DNA of 9,445 bases from NCBI RefSeq assembly GCF_006345805.1, contig NW_021827906.1, positions 1-9,445 on the forward strand, written 5' to 3'. The position numbers and the translations under genes are program-made. The notes under the pieces are model-generated. The model was given only the letters and a program-made list of their open reading frames with translations. It searched no databases and was not told where the DNA came from. The DNA is from Octopus sinensis. Lineage: Eukaryota. How positions within the stretch are numbered: the first letter of the stretch is position 1; each line of letters begins with the position of its first letter. This document shows positions 8,794 to 9,445 of the stretch, one piece after another.

Positions 8794-8810
8794 CATTTAT
8801 TGTGTAGCCA
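8688..8810. repeat. 123-bp fold-back element with unique terminal inverted repeats around a (TA)n core (MITE-like)
   Basis: TGGCTACACAATA (8688-8700) is the exact reverse complement of TATTGTGTAGCCA (8798-8810); the arms match at 28/31 going inward. Confidence 0.8.
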
Positions 8811-8971
8811 ATTTTCTGTCAAGGATTTCTGTTATAAAAATGTTTTCTTAATTTATTATTCATTAGCCGTATAATTTACATTGTATGTACATGTACGGAC
8901 ATATTTTTATACATACGTAGCCCGAGTCACATATGTGTTTGCGCCTGTTGCGCGTGCATAAATGCGTACAA

Positions 8972-8972
<1 letters not shown>

Positions 8973-9003
<31 letters not shown>

Positions 9004-9110
9004 GTATATATATATATATTATATATATATATATATATCGTGTGTGTGTAAATGTATGTATATATATATATATATATATATTATTATATATATATATATA
9101 TATATATCAT
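8973..9110. repeat. Interrupted (AT)n arrays with a short GT tract
   Basis: Direct reading. Confidence 0.95.
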
Positions 9111-9445
9111 ACATAATGTGTGAGTGTGTACTTTTAAAAATTAGCTAAGAAAAATAACTCGAAGTACCAGCGAAATGTATTTTAGCAACATATACAAATA
9201 CATGCATATCAAACACATTACAATAAATTCGTTATCCATTAAAATTATCTCCGCCTCTGGAGGATGTAAGACAATTAACAAGTGATAATTAAACACCGTC
9301 TCTACTTGAGAAAGGGAGATCGTCTCATGAATCAAGTATCTTCCATGTTGACATGCCATTTAGGAAAAGGACAAGCTTTTTTCTGGAGAAAAGCCGACAG
9401 TCTATATCACGTGTTTCTACCTCAGTAAGCCTCATCAGCGCAACA

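Noticed and set aside
9279-9445. Two overlapping plus-strand open frames near the window end (for example MPFRKRTSFFLEKSRQSISRVSTSVSLISAT running off the edge) and a CA|GTAAGC donor at 9425
   Set aside because: About 50 codons only, no recognisable homology or strong acceptor, and truncated by the window; downstream sequence is needed to judge.

Overview
Eukaryotic, AT-rich, microsatellite-saturated non-coding DNA (intergenic or deep intronic). It is most likely from an octopus-like coleoid cephalopod; this is an inference from the SINE sequences, which resemble Octopus repeat families as I recall them, and from the simple-repeat density. No intact protein-coding gene, RNA gene or CRISPR array is supported, and the ORF-track hits are mostly translations of microsatellites or SINEs. 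Supported content: five SINE copies or fragments (293-607 minus with a 13-bp target-site duplication; 1780-2056 plus; 5021-5268 plus; 7413-7536 plus; ~8357-8613 minus), three decayed RTE-type LINE ORF2 remnants (1-292 minus; 2394-2508 and 3096-3560 plus), and many di-, tri- and tetranucleotide arrays. The most unusual items are three fold-back palindromes built on microsatellites (1222-1356, 7584-7627, 8688-8810), two SINEs that share head and 3' module but differ in the central module, two SINEs with complementary internal deletions, a four-run G4 motif, and two minus-strand AG|GT sites resembling recursive splice points. I found no convincing evidence for a new biological system; the findings are leads, not discoveries.
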